From Ferruginibacter sp. (lineage in GTDB: Bacteria > Bacteroidota > Bacteroidia > Chitinophagales > Chitinophagaceae), in assembly GCA_044226725.1 (NCBI GenBank), contig JBGAGM010000002.1, forward strand, positions 115,819-179,818: 64,000 bases of DNA. The letters run 5' to 3'. A model generated the notes under the pieces. It ran no database searches. It saw only the letters and a list, made by a program, of their open reading frames with translations, and was not told where the DNA came from. Of the stretch, positions 18,999 to 28,908 are shown in pieces (position 1 is the first letter of the stretch; every line of letters starts with the position of its first letter). The position numbers were made by a program, and so were the translations under genes.

Positions 18999-21545
18999 CT
19001 AAGCCTCAGATTTCTTCTCTTTCTTCTTTTCTTCTTTTTTTAAGGTGAATTTTACTTTCTCACCGCTTTCATCCATCTCGGCCACCATAATATCCCCGTT
19101 CTTCACACTCATATTTAATATTTCTTCTGCCAGGGGGTCTTCCAGGTATTTCTGAATGGCCCTGTGCAACGGTCTTGCGCCAAACTGGGAATCATAGCCT
19201 TTATCGGCAATAAAGCTTTTTACCTCCGGTGTTAACTCCATAGCCAGTCCAAGATTGGTAAGGCGTTTAATTACACCCTGCATTACAATATCAATGATCT
19301 CGAAGATATTTTCTTTACTGAGCGAATTAAATACGACCACATCATCAATACGGTTCAGGAACTCCGGACTAAATGTACGTTTCAATGCCTTTTCGATCAC
19401 GGCCTTGTTGTTCTCTTCTGCATTTTCTATGCGGTTGGCTGTTGCAAAGCCCACTCCGTCTCCAAAGTCCTTCAATTGCCTTGCACCAATATTGGATGTC
19501 ATGATGATCAGTGTATTCTTGAAATCAACCTTACGGCCCATACCATCGGTCAGCATACCATCATCCAATACCTGCAGAAGAATATTATAGATATCCGGGT
19601 GCGCCTTTTCAATTTCATCTAATAATATTACACAATAAGGCTTGCGGCGTACTTTTTCTGTGAGCTGTCCACCTTCTTCGTACCCAACATATCCGGGAGG
19701 TGCGCCAATCAAACGGCTCACTGTGAATTTTTCCATGTACTCACTCATATCAATACGTATCAGCGCATCTTCACTGTCAAACATATGCCTGGCCAGTGAA
19801 CGGGCCAGTTCAGTTTTACCCACACCCGTCGGGCCCAGGAAAATAAAAGTACCTATTGGTTTCTTAGGATCCTTCAACCCTACCCGGTTACGCTGTATTG
19901 CTTTCACTACTTTTGAAATGGCATCATCCTGCCCCACAACAGCACCCTGCAAATCCGTAGCCATGCGGCGCAGCTTGTCAGTTTCTGCCTGAACCATTCT
20001 TTTCACCGGGATACCAGTCATCATATGTACCACTTCGGCAATATCTTCCTCTTCAATGGGGTAGCGTTTGTGTTTGCTTTCTTCCTCCCAGGCATTCTTG
20101 GCAGCCTCCAGTTCTTCCTGCAGGCGTTTTTCAGTATCCCTCAATGAAGCAGCTTCCTCAAAACGCTGGCTTTTTACCACTTTGTTCTTTTCCAGCTTAA
20201 TATCTTCGATCTTCTTCTCCAGTTCAATGATATCATCCGGCACATTTATATTTTTTATATGCTTCCTGGCCCCTACTTCATCCAGTACATCAATTGCTTT
20301 ATCGGGCAGTAAACGATCGGTCATATAGCGGTCACTTAATTTTACACAGGCTTCAATTGCATCCTGGCTATAAGTAACATTGTGATAATCTTCGTATTTG
20401 CTTTTGATATTATTGAGTATCTCAATGGCTTCACCCACCGATGGCTGCTCAACCAGCACTTTCTGAAAACGGCGGTCGAGTGCCCCGTCCTTTTCAATAT
20501 GCATCCGGTACTCATCCAGGGTGGAAGCCCCGATGCATTGCAGTTCGCCCCTGGCCAGCGCAGGTTTAAATATATTGGAGGCGTCGAGTGAACCACTGGC
20601 CCCGCCGGCACCAACAATCGTATGTATCTCATCAATGAACAGGATCACATCCCTGTTTTTTTCCAGTTCGTTCATGATAGCTTTCATACGCTCTTCAAAC
20701 TGTCCACGGTATTTTGTACCGGCAACCAATGCTGCAAGGTCCAGGCTTACTACTCTTTTATCAAATAATACACGGGAAACTTTACGCTGTACAATCCGAA
20801 GGGCCAAACCCTCTACGATGGCGGTTTTGCCCACCCCCGGCTCACCAATTAAAATAGGATTGTTCTTTTTGCGGCGTGATAATATCTGTGATACCCTTTC
20901 TATCTCGGTTTCCCTCCCTACGATCGGGTCCAGAGAACCGTTTTCAGCCAGGCGGGTTATATCCCTGCCAAAATTATCCAATACAGGAGTTTTGGTCTTT
21001 GGCTGGTTGGATACTCCCGGACGCTGGGATTTTTGTCCGCCATATTGTTTTCTTTCTTCATCAAAGTCATCCTCACCTTCATCACTAAATTCGGCCGATG
21101 GAGGGTTACTGGTTACGAAGCCAAGTTCATTTTTGAATACATCATAGTCCACATCAAACTGGTTCAATATCTGGGTGGCAATATTTTCCTTGTTCTTGAG
21201 AATGGAGAGCATGAGGTGTTCGCTTTCCACCAGGGCGCTTTTTTGTGCCTTTGCTTCCAATACCGTGATGCGGATCACTTTTTCGGCCTGCTTGGTCAAT
21301 GGCAGTGAATTGATATTGGCGATATTCTTACCGGTTTTGTCCTTAACGGCAATTTCTATCTCTTTGCGAAGCTCTGCAAGGTCTATATTGAGCGACCTTA
21401 GTATTTTGATGGCTGTGCTTTCCCCATCACGTATCAAACCCAGCACCAGGTGTTCGGTTCCAATAAAATCATTTCCCAATCTTAATGCCTCTTCCCTGCT
21501 GTACGAGATGATCTCTTTTACCTGTGCCGAAAAATTATTATCCAT
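18999..21545 (-). CDS. clpC: ATP-dependent Clp protease ATP-binding subunit, ClpC-type (class I Hsp100)
   Basis: Clp_N repeats at the N-terminus; two AAA modules (GEPGVGKT and GPTGVGKT Walker A motifs); a UVR-like linker (VVKSQRFEEAASLRD); 848 aa in total. Confidence 0.9.
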   Translation of the reverse strand: MDNNFSAQVKEIISYSREEALRLGNDFIGTEHLVLGLIRDGESTAIKILRSLNIDLAELRKEIEIAVKDKTGKNIANINSLPLTKQAEKVIRITVLEAKAQKSALVESEHLMLSILKNKENIATQILNQFDVDYDVFKNELGFVTSNPPSAEFSDEGEDDFDEERKQYGGQKSQRPGVSNQPKTKTPVLDNFGRDITRLAENGSLDPIVGRETEIERVSQILSRRKKNNPILIGEPGVGKTAIVEGLALRIVQRKVSRVLFDKRVVSLDLAALVAGTKYRGQFEERMKAIMNELEKNRDVILFIDEIHTIVGAGGASGSLDASNIFKPALARGELQCIGASTLDEYRMHIEKDGALDRRFQKVLVEQPSVGEAIEILNNIKSKYEDYHNVTYSQDAIEACVKLSDRYMTDRLLPDKAIDVLDEVGARKHIKNINVPDDIIELEKKIEDIKLEKNKVVKSQRFEEAASLRDTEKRLQEELEAAKNAWEEESKHKRYPIEEEDIAEVVHMMTGIPVKRMVQAETDKLRRMATDLQGAVVGQDDAISKVVKAIQRNRVGLKDPKKPIGTFIFLGPTGVGKTELARSLARHMFDSEDALIRIDMSEYMEKFTVSRLIGAPPGYVGYEEGGQLTEKVRRKPYCVILLDEIEKAHPDIYNILLQVLDDGMLTDGMGRKVDFKNTLIIMTSNIGARQLKDFGDGVGFATANRIENAEENNKAVIEKALKRTFSPEFLNRIDDVVVFNSLSKENIFEIIDIVMQGVIKRLTNLGLAMELTPEVKSFIADKGYDSQFGARPLHRAIQKYLEDPLAEEILNMSVKNGDIMVAEMDESGEKVKFTLKKEEKKKEKKSEA

Positions 21546-21787
21546 TTTATATTGAATTTTGCTTGTACAATAATAACGATTATTTCAAAGATATTGTTGG
21601 CCGTAAAGTGCAAATGTTAATATGTTCAAAATTAAAACTCTGATGAAGTTACTAATAATAACAAACTGCTTTCTGCATCTTAACATACTGATAACCATTC
21701 AATATTTTTATTGGTGATTGGTTTTCCAGCTTGTTAAATTTGCTTTACTTTACAAAGAACGGTCATTAAAATCCTGAATCTAAGTTT

Positions 21788-22162
21788 ATGAATGTCAAAA
21801 TAGATACCAAAGAGCGTTTTACTGTTATTACGCCCGAAGCTGAGCATTTATCTGTAAATATGACAGAGGAATTGAACAATTTGTTGCTTACTTACCTGCA
21901 AAAAGACATACCGCATGTTATTTTAAACATGGAGGCTGTAAAAACAACCGATGAACCCATGGCAGAAAATATTGCGCAAATGCAACAGCGGTTTTATGAA
22001 AAAAACTGCTCTTTTGTGATTTGTGGTTTGCAGCAGAATGTGGTACAATTATTGGAAGAAAAGGAACTGCTTGAATTCATGAACGTTACCCCCTCCGAGA
22101 GCGAAGCCTGGGATATTGTACAGATGGAAGAGATAGAGAGAGAGATACTGGGAGATGAATGA
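21788..22162 (+). CDS. STAS-domain protein (anti-sigma-factor-antagonist-like)
   Basis: Size and the alternating beta/alpha pattern (FTVITPEAEHLSVNMTEELNNLL...VILNMEAVKTTD...) resemble SpoIIAA/STAS proteins. Recognised by pattern only. Confidence 0.45.
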   Translation: MNVKIDTKERFTVITPEAEHLSVNMTEELNNLLLTYLQKDIPHVILNMEAVKTTDEPMAENIAQMQQRFYEKNCSFVICGLQQNVVQLLEEKELLEFMNVTPSESEAWDIVQMEEIEREILGDE

Positions 22163-22268
22163 TCAGGTCTGAGGTTGGTAGTTCATGGTTTGTGGTTAAG
22201 CAGCATTCAGGAATAAAACCCGGTCTTATATTAAAAACAACAAACCCTAAACAACAAACTAAAATAAC

Positions 22269-23171
22269 TTGCTTGCGGTAACTATACTAGGAAACAACTC
22301 TGCCATACCTGCTTTTGACAGAAATCCCACCTCCCAGGTTTTGCAAACCCCGGATGAGAGTTTTTTGATTGATTGCGGAGAGGGAACCCAGATGCAGCTG
22401 GCAAAGTATAAGATCAAACGCAGTAAGATTAATCACATTTGCATCTCTCATTTACACGGCGATCATTATTTTGGTTTAATTGGCTTGCTTACCAGTATGA
22501 GCCTGCTCAACCGCACGCAGGACCTTCATTTGCATGCCCCGCCCCCACTGGAACAACTAATAAAACTGCAGCTTGATTTTGCGTCAACCCACCTTTCATT
22601 CAACCTGCATTTTCATGCGTTGGAAAATGAGGGATTGATTGTGGACGGCAATAAAATGACTGTAGAGTGCTTTAAAGTAAAACACCGGATTGACTGCTGG
22701 GGTTTTCTTTTCAGGGAGAAAAAAAATCCGAGGAAACTTGATGCGGCAAGAGCGAAAATATACGAGATACCGGCTGCATTTTATGAGAACCTTCAGCGTG
22801 GGGAAGATTACATAACAAAAAAGGGAACCATTGTACCTAATGAGGAAGTGACCATTGCCGCACCAAAAGGAAGAAGCTATGCCTATTGTGCAGATACGAT
22901 TTTTGATGAGAGCCTTGCTGATAAAGTAAAAGATGTAGACTTGCTTTATCATGAAACCACCTATTTGAAAGACCTGCACGAAAGGGCAGCAGCCCGGTTT
23001 CACAGCACCACGGTGCAGGCAGGCAGCATTGCCAAAAAAGCCTGTGTGAAGAAATTACTGATTGGGCATTTTTCGTCCAAGTACGAAATGCTTGATGACT
23101 TTTTAACCGAAACAAGGGAGGTTTTTGAAAATACAGAACTGGCCATTGAAGGCAGTTGCTTTATGGTATAA
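22269..23171 (+). CDS. rnz: Ribonuclease Z (metallo-beta-lactamase fold)
   Basis: TTG start; ILGNNSAIPAFDRNPTSQVL plus the HLHGDHYFGL (HxHxDH) motif, and about 300 aa. Confidence 0.85.
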   Translation: MLAVTILGNNSAIPAFDRNPTSQVLQTPDESFLIDCGEGTQMQLAKYKIKRSKINHICISHLHGDHYFGLIGLLTSMSLLNRTQDLHLHAPPPLEQLIKLQLDFASTHLSFNLHFHALENEGLIVDGNKMTVECFKVKHRIDCWGFLFREKKNPRKLDAARAKIYEIPAAFYENLQRGEDYITKKGTIVPNEEVTIAAPKGRSYAYCADTIFDESLADKVKDVDLLYHETTYLKDLHERAAARFHSTTVQAGSIAKKACVKKLLIGHFSSKYEMLDDFLTETREVFENTELAIEGSCFMV

Positions 23172-24332
23172 CTATTCATCCGGTTTGATCACATAGTTGA
23201 ACCCATCGGCTATTATCCACTTATAAAATTCGGCAAACCATTTGCGCCATGCTTTTTCGTTATGCCTGCCTTTAGGATCGATAACAGCATAAACCTGGGC
23301 AGCTGATTTTTCACCCAAAGATTCCTGGATATCCTGCATATCTTTTACAAACGATTCGCCTTCCTGCCTGCCGGTATAAAAGAAGAATTTACCGGTATTC
23401 TTCACTGCCAGGGAATCGGTAAGGCGTTTGATGCCTGGTGCCGTCCAGAATGCAGGTGAAAAAATTCCTGCCTTTCCAAAAACAGCAGGCTTTGTTAGCA
23501 TGGCATAATAGGCAAATAAGGCACCCATCGAACTTCCGGCAATCAGCGTATTTTCTTTGTTGGACAATGTCCTGTAATGCTTGTCTACATAGGGCTTCAG
23601 TACCTCTGTAATAAATGCCAGGTATTGTTCTGCCTCGCCTTTTCCAAAATTTTGAAACTCGTATGGGTTATATTCGTTCAACCGCTGAGGCCCGTTATCA
23701 ACCCCCACCACTATGCATGCAGGTTTACCAGACCTGATCAATGTATCAAGACATTCATCAACTCCCCATTCACCAAAGGCAGAACTGGCTGCATCAAAAA
23801 TATTCTGTCCATCCTGCATGTACATAACGGGGTATTGTTTTCTGGAATCGGCATATCCATCGGGCAAATAAATCCAAATGCGGCGATACCTGTTTAATTG
23901 AGGTATAAAAAAAGCCGTATCCATTATATGCACCTGCCTGCTGGCAGTATGCCTCCGGCTCACACCGGAAAAGTCGTCCTTCCAGGCTTCAATATTTATT
24001 TCAATGGTGGTATCACTGTAAATTTCAAATTCACGGTTCTCAATATCGTACCCATGATCCTGGCATTCCACTTTTTTCCAGCTGCCCCTGGTGCATTTGA
24101 ATTCGTATTCGCCTGCAGGCAGTCTGGTGTACAGGGATATTGTATTATCATCCCCGTTTGTAAGGGCATAACTGTTATTGCGGGGATTCCAGTCGTTGAA
24201 ATTTGCAGCAATGAAAATGCTGTCCTGCACATGTTGCAAGGGGTACCTGCCCAGTTTGAACCGAACAGTAAATTGTGCTTCGCCTGCCAGTGATGCCGGC
24301 AATAAAAGAGCAAGGCACAACAGGTATTTCAT
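23172..24332 (-). CDS. Secreted alpha/beta-hydrolase esterase with an N-terminal CBM48/AMPK-beta-like domain
   Basis: Signal peptide; an N-terminal beta-sandwich-like segment (NFNDWNP...YEFKCTRGSW); an esterase core with the nucleophile elbow AGSSMGA. Confidence 0.65.
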   Translation of the reverse strand: MKYLLCLALLLPASLAGEAQFTVRFKLGRYPLQHVQDSIFIAANFNDWNPRNNSYALTNGDDNTISLYTRLPAGEYEFKCTRGSWKKVECQDHGYDIENREFEIYSDTTIEINIEAWKDDFSGVSRRHTASRQVHIMDTAFFIPQLNRYRRIWIYLPDGYADSRKQYPVMYMQDGQNIFDAASSAFGEWGVDECLDTLIRSGKPACIVVGVDNGPQRLNEYNPYEFQNFGKGEAEQYLAFITEVLKPYVDKHYRTLSNKENTLIAGSSMGALFAYYAMLTKPAVFGKAGIFSPAFWTAPGIKRLTDSLAVKNTGKFFFYTGRQEGESFVKDMQDIQESLGEKSAAQVYAVIDPKGRHNEKAWRKWFAEFYKWIIADGFNYVIKPDE

Positions 24333-24334
24333 CC

Positions 24335-25216
24335 TTATTTATTTAGAAATGCTTTCACTTTTTGATGAATGCTGCTGCTGAGCGGCACCAGTGGCAGGCG
24401 CAGCACATTCTCTATCAGGCCCATTTCATGTAAGAAGGCCTTTACACCCGCAGGATTGTTTTCTGCAAACAACAGATCATTTCCTTCGAGGCATTTATAA
24501 TGCAAAGGCCTTGCCGATCCAAAATCCCCTTTCAGGCAAAACCTTACCATATCAGAAAAATCTTTAGGAAAACAATTAGCCGCCACGCTGATCACGCCAT
24601 CCATTCCACAAGCTATCAGCGGAAGTGTAATATGGTCATCACCGCTCACTACTAAAAAATCTTCAGGCCTGTCACGCAAAATATGCATACACTGAACCAT
24701 ATTCCCGCTGGCTTCTTTAATGCCGGCAATATTCTCCACTTCGTTGGCAAGCCTCAGAGTGGTTTCGGCGCTGATATTGCTGCCGGTACGCCCTGGCACG
24801 TTGTAGAGCAGTACAGGCCTTGGGCTGGCGCTTGCCAGGTTTTTATAATGCTGGAAAATTCCCTCCTGCGATGGCTTGTTATAATAAGGACTGGCGCATA
24901 ATACGGCTGTCGCTTTTTCAAGCGGGTAGCTTTGCAGGTTTTCCATTATTTCCTTGGTATTATTGCCGCCTACACCCACTACAACCGGCACCCGCCCGTG
25001 AACCTTTTCAACGGTATAATGAATGATATCAAACTGCTCTTCGGTATCAAGGGTAGGAGTTTCGCCGGTGGTGCCTAAGCTAACAATATACTCAACACCA
25101 TCATTAATGATAAAATCTATCAGCTTTCCCAGCGCATCCATATCAACATCCATACTGGCTTTAAAGGGAGTAACGATGGCAACCCCTGTACCCTGCAATT
25201 GTGAACGCAAACTCAT
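24335..25216 (-). CDS. dapA: 4-hydroxy-tetrahydrodipicolinate synthase
   Basis: GTGVAIVTPF and GTTGE motifs, the YNVPGRTG motif, and 293 aa. Confidence 0.9.
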   Translation of the reverse strand: MSLRSQLQGTGVAIVTPFKASMDVDMDALGKLIDFIINDGVEYIVSLGTTGETPTLDTEEQFDIIHYTVEKVHGRVPVVVGVGGNNTKEIMENLQSYPLEKATAVLCASPYYNKPSQEGIFQHYKNLASASPRPVLLYNVPGRTGSNISAETTLRLANEVENIAGIKEASGNMVQCMHILRDRPEDFLVVSGDDHITLPLIACGMDGVISVAANCFPKDFSDMVRFCLKGDFGSARPLHYKCLEGNDLLFAENNPAGVKAFLHEMGLIENVLRLPLVPLSSSIHQKVKAFLNK

Positions 25217-25411
25217 GAGTTAATTTTTATGTGAAGGTATTGAGAAGTGCGGGATTTTTTAGAAAAAAATAGCTGTGTAAATGACTAAAATTCCTGTACA
25301 AAAAATTACAAAACATCAAAATGATTTATTATTTTTAAAACGACCTTCTATTTTGCGGGGTCTATAAACACTTATTTCAAAACATAAAAAAATTATCATT
25401 CAGTTTAATAC

Positions 25412-26269
25412 ATGTTCGCACAGATTCAAAAACAACAGGAAAACAAAAGAGTGCAGTTAATAAATAGTTCATTACAAAATCAGCCCATTAATACAAAGCC
25501 TTTACAGCTGCGCAATAACAGCACCGAAGCGGCTGTTCAAAGGAAACTGCAGGAAGTGACAAACAAGAGTGTGCAGGTACGGCAATTGAAAAAATTACAG
25601 GCCATGGTCGATTGCAGCAGACAGGTGAAACAAATGAAGGATTTGCAGGTACTGGCGAATGAAATTACACATAACACAGATCGGCCCGGTCAAATCAATA
25701 AAGAAAAACCTCTGCAACTATATACATATCAAAGGGGAATAAATCAGTCGGTGACCCTGAAGAGTACAAAGACCAATAATAAGAGTGTCACTTTTGATAT
25801 CTGCACATTCAATCAGGTACATTACGATAAGGGAGATAAAAAGCAAAGCGGCTCAGCAACAGGTAATGCTGACTGGAAAGGTTGGCTGATAGATAATGGC
25901 ACGAATAACAATGCCACACAACTGCACGTGGTGAACATGGAATGGGGGGGACTGGGTGGCGCAAAAGACGGGAATATTGCACCAGGATCGCAAGCCCTGA
26001 ACGGAAAGCACAAGAGCCCCGAGGGTATGTATAAAAATTTGTTCGACGGCAATGATAAAGCCAAGGCCGATATTACTTACAAGTGTGCGTTCGATAAAAA
26101 TGAAGTAGCAGGATATAACGGACAAACAATTGGGAAAGATGTGCCCATCAGCGATCCCGACATCTATTGCTCTATTAGTTCCGACGATAAAGCGGGCAAA
26201 GTTTTTGGTGAAGATTGGGTGGTGATAGGTAGTCACGCAAAGGGTATGGTCATAAGGGACGGAGGTTAA
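25412..26269 (+). CDS. Candidate eCIS cargo A: shared N-terminal leader plus a His-Me-finger (non-specific nuclease-like) C-terminal domain
   Basis: Leader block RKLQEVTNKSVQVRQLKKLQAMVD sits at aa 44-67. The C-terminal QLHVVNMEWGGLGG...NIAPGSQALNGKH resembles the H...N...N beta-beta-alpha-Me pattern; compare the Serratia-type nuclease segment remembered as roughly NITPQ...LNQG. Confidence 0.5.
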   Translation: MFAQIQKQQENKRVQLINSSLQNQPINTKPLQLRNNSTEAAVQRKLQEVTNKSVQVRQLKKLQAMVDCSRQVKQMKDLQVLANEITHNTDRPGQINKEKPLQLYTYQRGINQSVTLKSTKTNNKSVTFDICTFNQVHYDKGDKKQSGSATGNADWKGWLIDNGTNNNATQLHVVNMEWGGLGGAKDGNIAPGSQALNGKHKSPEGMYKNLFDGNDKAKADITYKCAFDKNEVAGYNGQTIGKDVPISDPDIYCSISSDDKAGKVFGEDWVVIGSHAKGMVIRDGG

Positions 26270-26443
26270 CCTGATATGAGAAAGATTTAAACGAGTAATC
26301 ACCTTTTATTGACGGGCATTATTCTAAAATTCAATCCCATTAGGAATGCTTTGTGAAAAAACGCCGTTACATTTGTTGGCAGCAGCCTGTTTGTTCCATT
26401 CAAACCCTGACATACAAGTTTAACCGGATTGAACCTCCCATTT

Positions 26444-27661
26444 ATGAATACGCACACTGATAAAATATCCAAAAGCGATTCTGCTTCATCAATATCCTCT
26501 GTCAATCAAAACAATGACCCGCAAAAAAAACAACTAAAAAGTTACAGGCCGGAAGCACTTAAACAAAGAAAAATACAGGAAATCATCAATGCCAGTGAGC
26601 AGGTAAACCAGGCAAGGTTCATTCAATCAATCGTTAATAATAAAAGTATAAAGCAAGTAAGAACAACAGAGGTTAGTAAAACTGCGCCTGTTGTACAAAG
26701 AACACCGAAAACATGGGAAACTAACGATGTGATTGCCAGAGCCCTTGCCCTGGAAAGAAGCGGGATTACAGAAAGTGGCAGTACCTGGGAAAAAATAAAA
26801 ACAGCCATTAATAATTACATAGCCTTTGGCCGCGACCAGTATCAGCCATTATATAATAGTGCAAATCATGTCGACCTTATATTTTCAGCAAGAACCGGAA
26901 AATTAAATGCCATCAAACTACTTATTACCAAATGGTACACTGACCATCCCATAAGGCCCTGGAACGGAGATAAAGTAAATAATATTCGGGGCATATTGCC
27001 TGAGCTGGAAAACACGATCAGAGATGAGGAAGAAGATATTATTGGCGAAAGATTTGCAAATAAGTTTTTAGTCGAAAGGCCGCCATTGGTTATTCCGCCT
27101 GAATTATCTGATGGTGTTGCGCTACAGGTTGGCAACGCAGCAAAGGCATTAAAACTTCATCAGAACTTTAATAATAATCTTCGTTTCCGGTATACAGGGG
27201 TAGGAACACCGCCTGAAGTTGGCCTTGCAGCACACCAGGGCGACTGTGGTACCCTGGCAAGGATATATATTGCTGTTGCCAATAACCTGGGTATTCCTGC
27301 TGTACTGGCAGACAGGCCCGGAAAACAACTGGTGGCGGCACAACCAATCAAAGGACGTTCCACAACAGGCAACACACATGACCAGGGCGCCTGGTATTTT
27401 CAGCAACATTTTTGGGCAGTAGCAGCCGGTACCAACTATGATATATTATTTATGCAAACCCCGCCTCCTGCTGCTATTGTATCAAACGGATCAGCCGTTT
27501 ACAGAGGTATTACTTATTACACTTTCCCGGATAATCGTTGTGTGATCGAACCTTTTGAAAAAGCTAAGTTCGGAGACCCGTCAGTTATTAAGGGTGAAGG
27601 TCGTGTTTTTGCTGATGCTGCAGCTACGCAACTGTTCATTGACGGACATATTGCCGGTTAA
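26444..27661 (+). CDS. Candidate eCIS cargo B: shared leader plus a transglutaminase-like cysteine protease/deamidase fold
   Basis: The ATG at 26444 gives MNTHTDK, as in cargo E. Leader block is RKIQEIINASEQVNQARFIQSIVN, with junction APVVQR. The C-terminal HQGDCGTLARIYIAVANNLGIPAV...QQHFWAVAAGTNYD fits a transglutaminase-core Cys/His/Asp arrangement. Confidence 0.55.
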   Translation: MNTHTDKISKSDSASSISSVNQNNDPQKKQLKSYRPEALKQRKIQEIINASEQVNQARFIQSIVNNKSIKQVRTTEVSKTAPVVQRTPKTWETNDVIARALALERSGITESGSTWEKIKTAINNYIAFGRDQYQPLYNSANHVDLIFSARTGKLNAIKLLITKWYTDHPIRPWNGDKVNNIRGILPELENTIRDEEEDIIGERFANKFLVERPPLVIPPELSDGVALQVGNAAKALKLHQNFNNNLRFRYTGVGTPPEVGLAAHQGDCGTLARIYIAVANNLGIPAVLADRPGKQLVAAQPIKGRSTTGNTHDQGAWYFQQHFWAVAAGTNYDILFMQTPPPAAIVSNGSAVYRGITYYTFPDNRCVIEPFEKAKFGDPSVIKGEGRVFADAAATQLFIDGHIAG

Positions 27662-27830
27662 CAAAGAATTTCCAACAGTTTTTTGGTGAAAAGCAGTGAA
27701 AAATATCATTGACACTACAGGCTTGTTTATCATAATATATCCGTACCTTAAGAATCAGTCATAAAATTGATGGCAACGGTAACCGGCATAATGCAACCGA
27801 TGAACCAGTTGATTAAAAAATATTTTGCTG

Positions 27831-28781
27831 ATGAACCTTTATACAGATAAAAAAAATGATGCAGGCAATCGGGCAATAGCTAATGATACTGCAGCCAGGT
27901 ATCCAATGGGGAAGAAAGTTTTTCAACTAACGCACGCATTACGGCCAGGTAATAATCAGCATCCGCTGCAGTTGTTGATAACGAGCAGTCCGAAGATACA
28001 GCAAATCAAAGCTGTTCAGCGCCTGGCAGATGAACGGAAAGAAAAAAAATTGCCCGTCGTACAACGCATGGTTGACTGGAGGGAGGAGGAAGTAGCCACT
28101 AAAAACCCGATCCAAGTTGCCATGCCTCCTTTAGATGATTGGGGATTTACCCATTTTGTTATTAACGGATCCGAAGACCAGGAAAAGGCTTTGAACGGTG
28201 CTGAATTTATTGTAGAAAAAACAAAATTAGGATTAACTGAGATTGGCGTTGCAAAAGAGCCTGAAAATTATCTTGGCACCCGAATGGAAATCCCGGTAGA
28301 TCCGCCATGGACAGCTAATGTTTCTAAATCCAAGGTTGGGGGAACATATTTTGCGGAAGCAAACGAACGTTTTAACATTGACCTTACACCGTATATGAAT
28401 GGTGTTGGGAACACGGCGTTGAGCGTGAAAGGAGTTCCCAGCGATAACACCATGGTATCGCACACACAGGAGCACGAACAACATCATGTTAATGATGATG
28501 TAAGGGCCCGGGAACAGATTGTAGATACCTGGGATAATGCTTTATATGATATGAAACAAAAGAGGGAAACTTTTTTGGGGTTCAATCCTGTACATGCACT
28601 TAAACGTCTTTATCAAAAAGCAGGGGGCACACCTGGTGAGATTGGCTCCAAATATTATAACAGGGTCAAAGAACTGGGCATTCAATACCACAACACCGAG
28701 GAAGGAAGCAAGCCCCCTTTGGCTAACATTGTAACTTCACATGACCAATCAACGATTGAGCTGCATTTTAAACCACATTAA
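27831..28781 (+). CDS. Candidate eCIS cargo C: degenerate shared leader plus a domain with an HExxH motif
   Basis: The ATG at 27831 gives MNLYTDKK. Junction is KKLPVVQR. A HEQHH (HExxH) motif is encoded at 28473..28487. The fold is otherwise unknown. Confidence 0.45.
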   Translation: MNLYTDKKNDAGNRAIANDTAARYPMGKKVFQLTHALRPGNNQHPLQLLITSSPKIQQIKAVQRLADERKEKKLPVVQRMVDWREEEVATKNPIQVAMPPLDDWGFTHFVINGSEDQEKALNGAEFIVEKTKLGLTEIGVAKEPENYLGTRMEIPVDPPWTANVSKSKVGGTYFAEANERFNIDLTPYMNGVGNTALSVKGVPSDNTMVSHTQEHEQHHVNDDVRAREQIVDTWDNALYDMKQKRETFLGFNPVHALKRLYQKAGGTPGEIGSKYYNRVKELGIQYHNTEEGSKPPLANIVTSHDQSTIELHFKPH

Positions 28782-28908
28782 TACTAATTTACTCCAGGTA
28801 TTTAAATTTATAAAGAGTATTTCACATTCGTATTAATTGCATACATTTAATACGGTTTTACTTATCCAGTTTCCCCAACTATTATTAACCGCTTAAGGAA
28901 AATATTGT

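Noticed and set aside
19255-21555. Multiple plus-strand ORFs (66-208 aa) across clpC
   Set aside because: These are antisense shadows of a highly conserved gene. Their Ser/Leu-rich translations carry no motifs.
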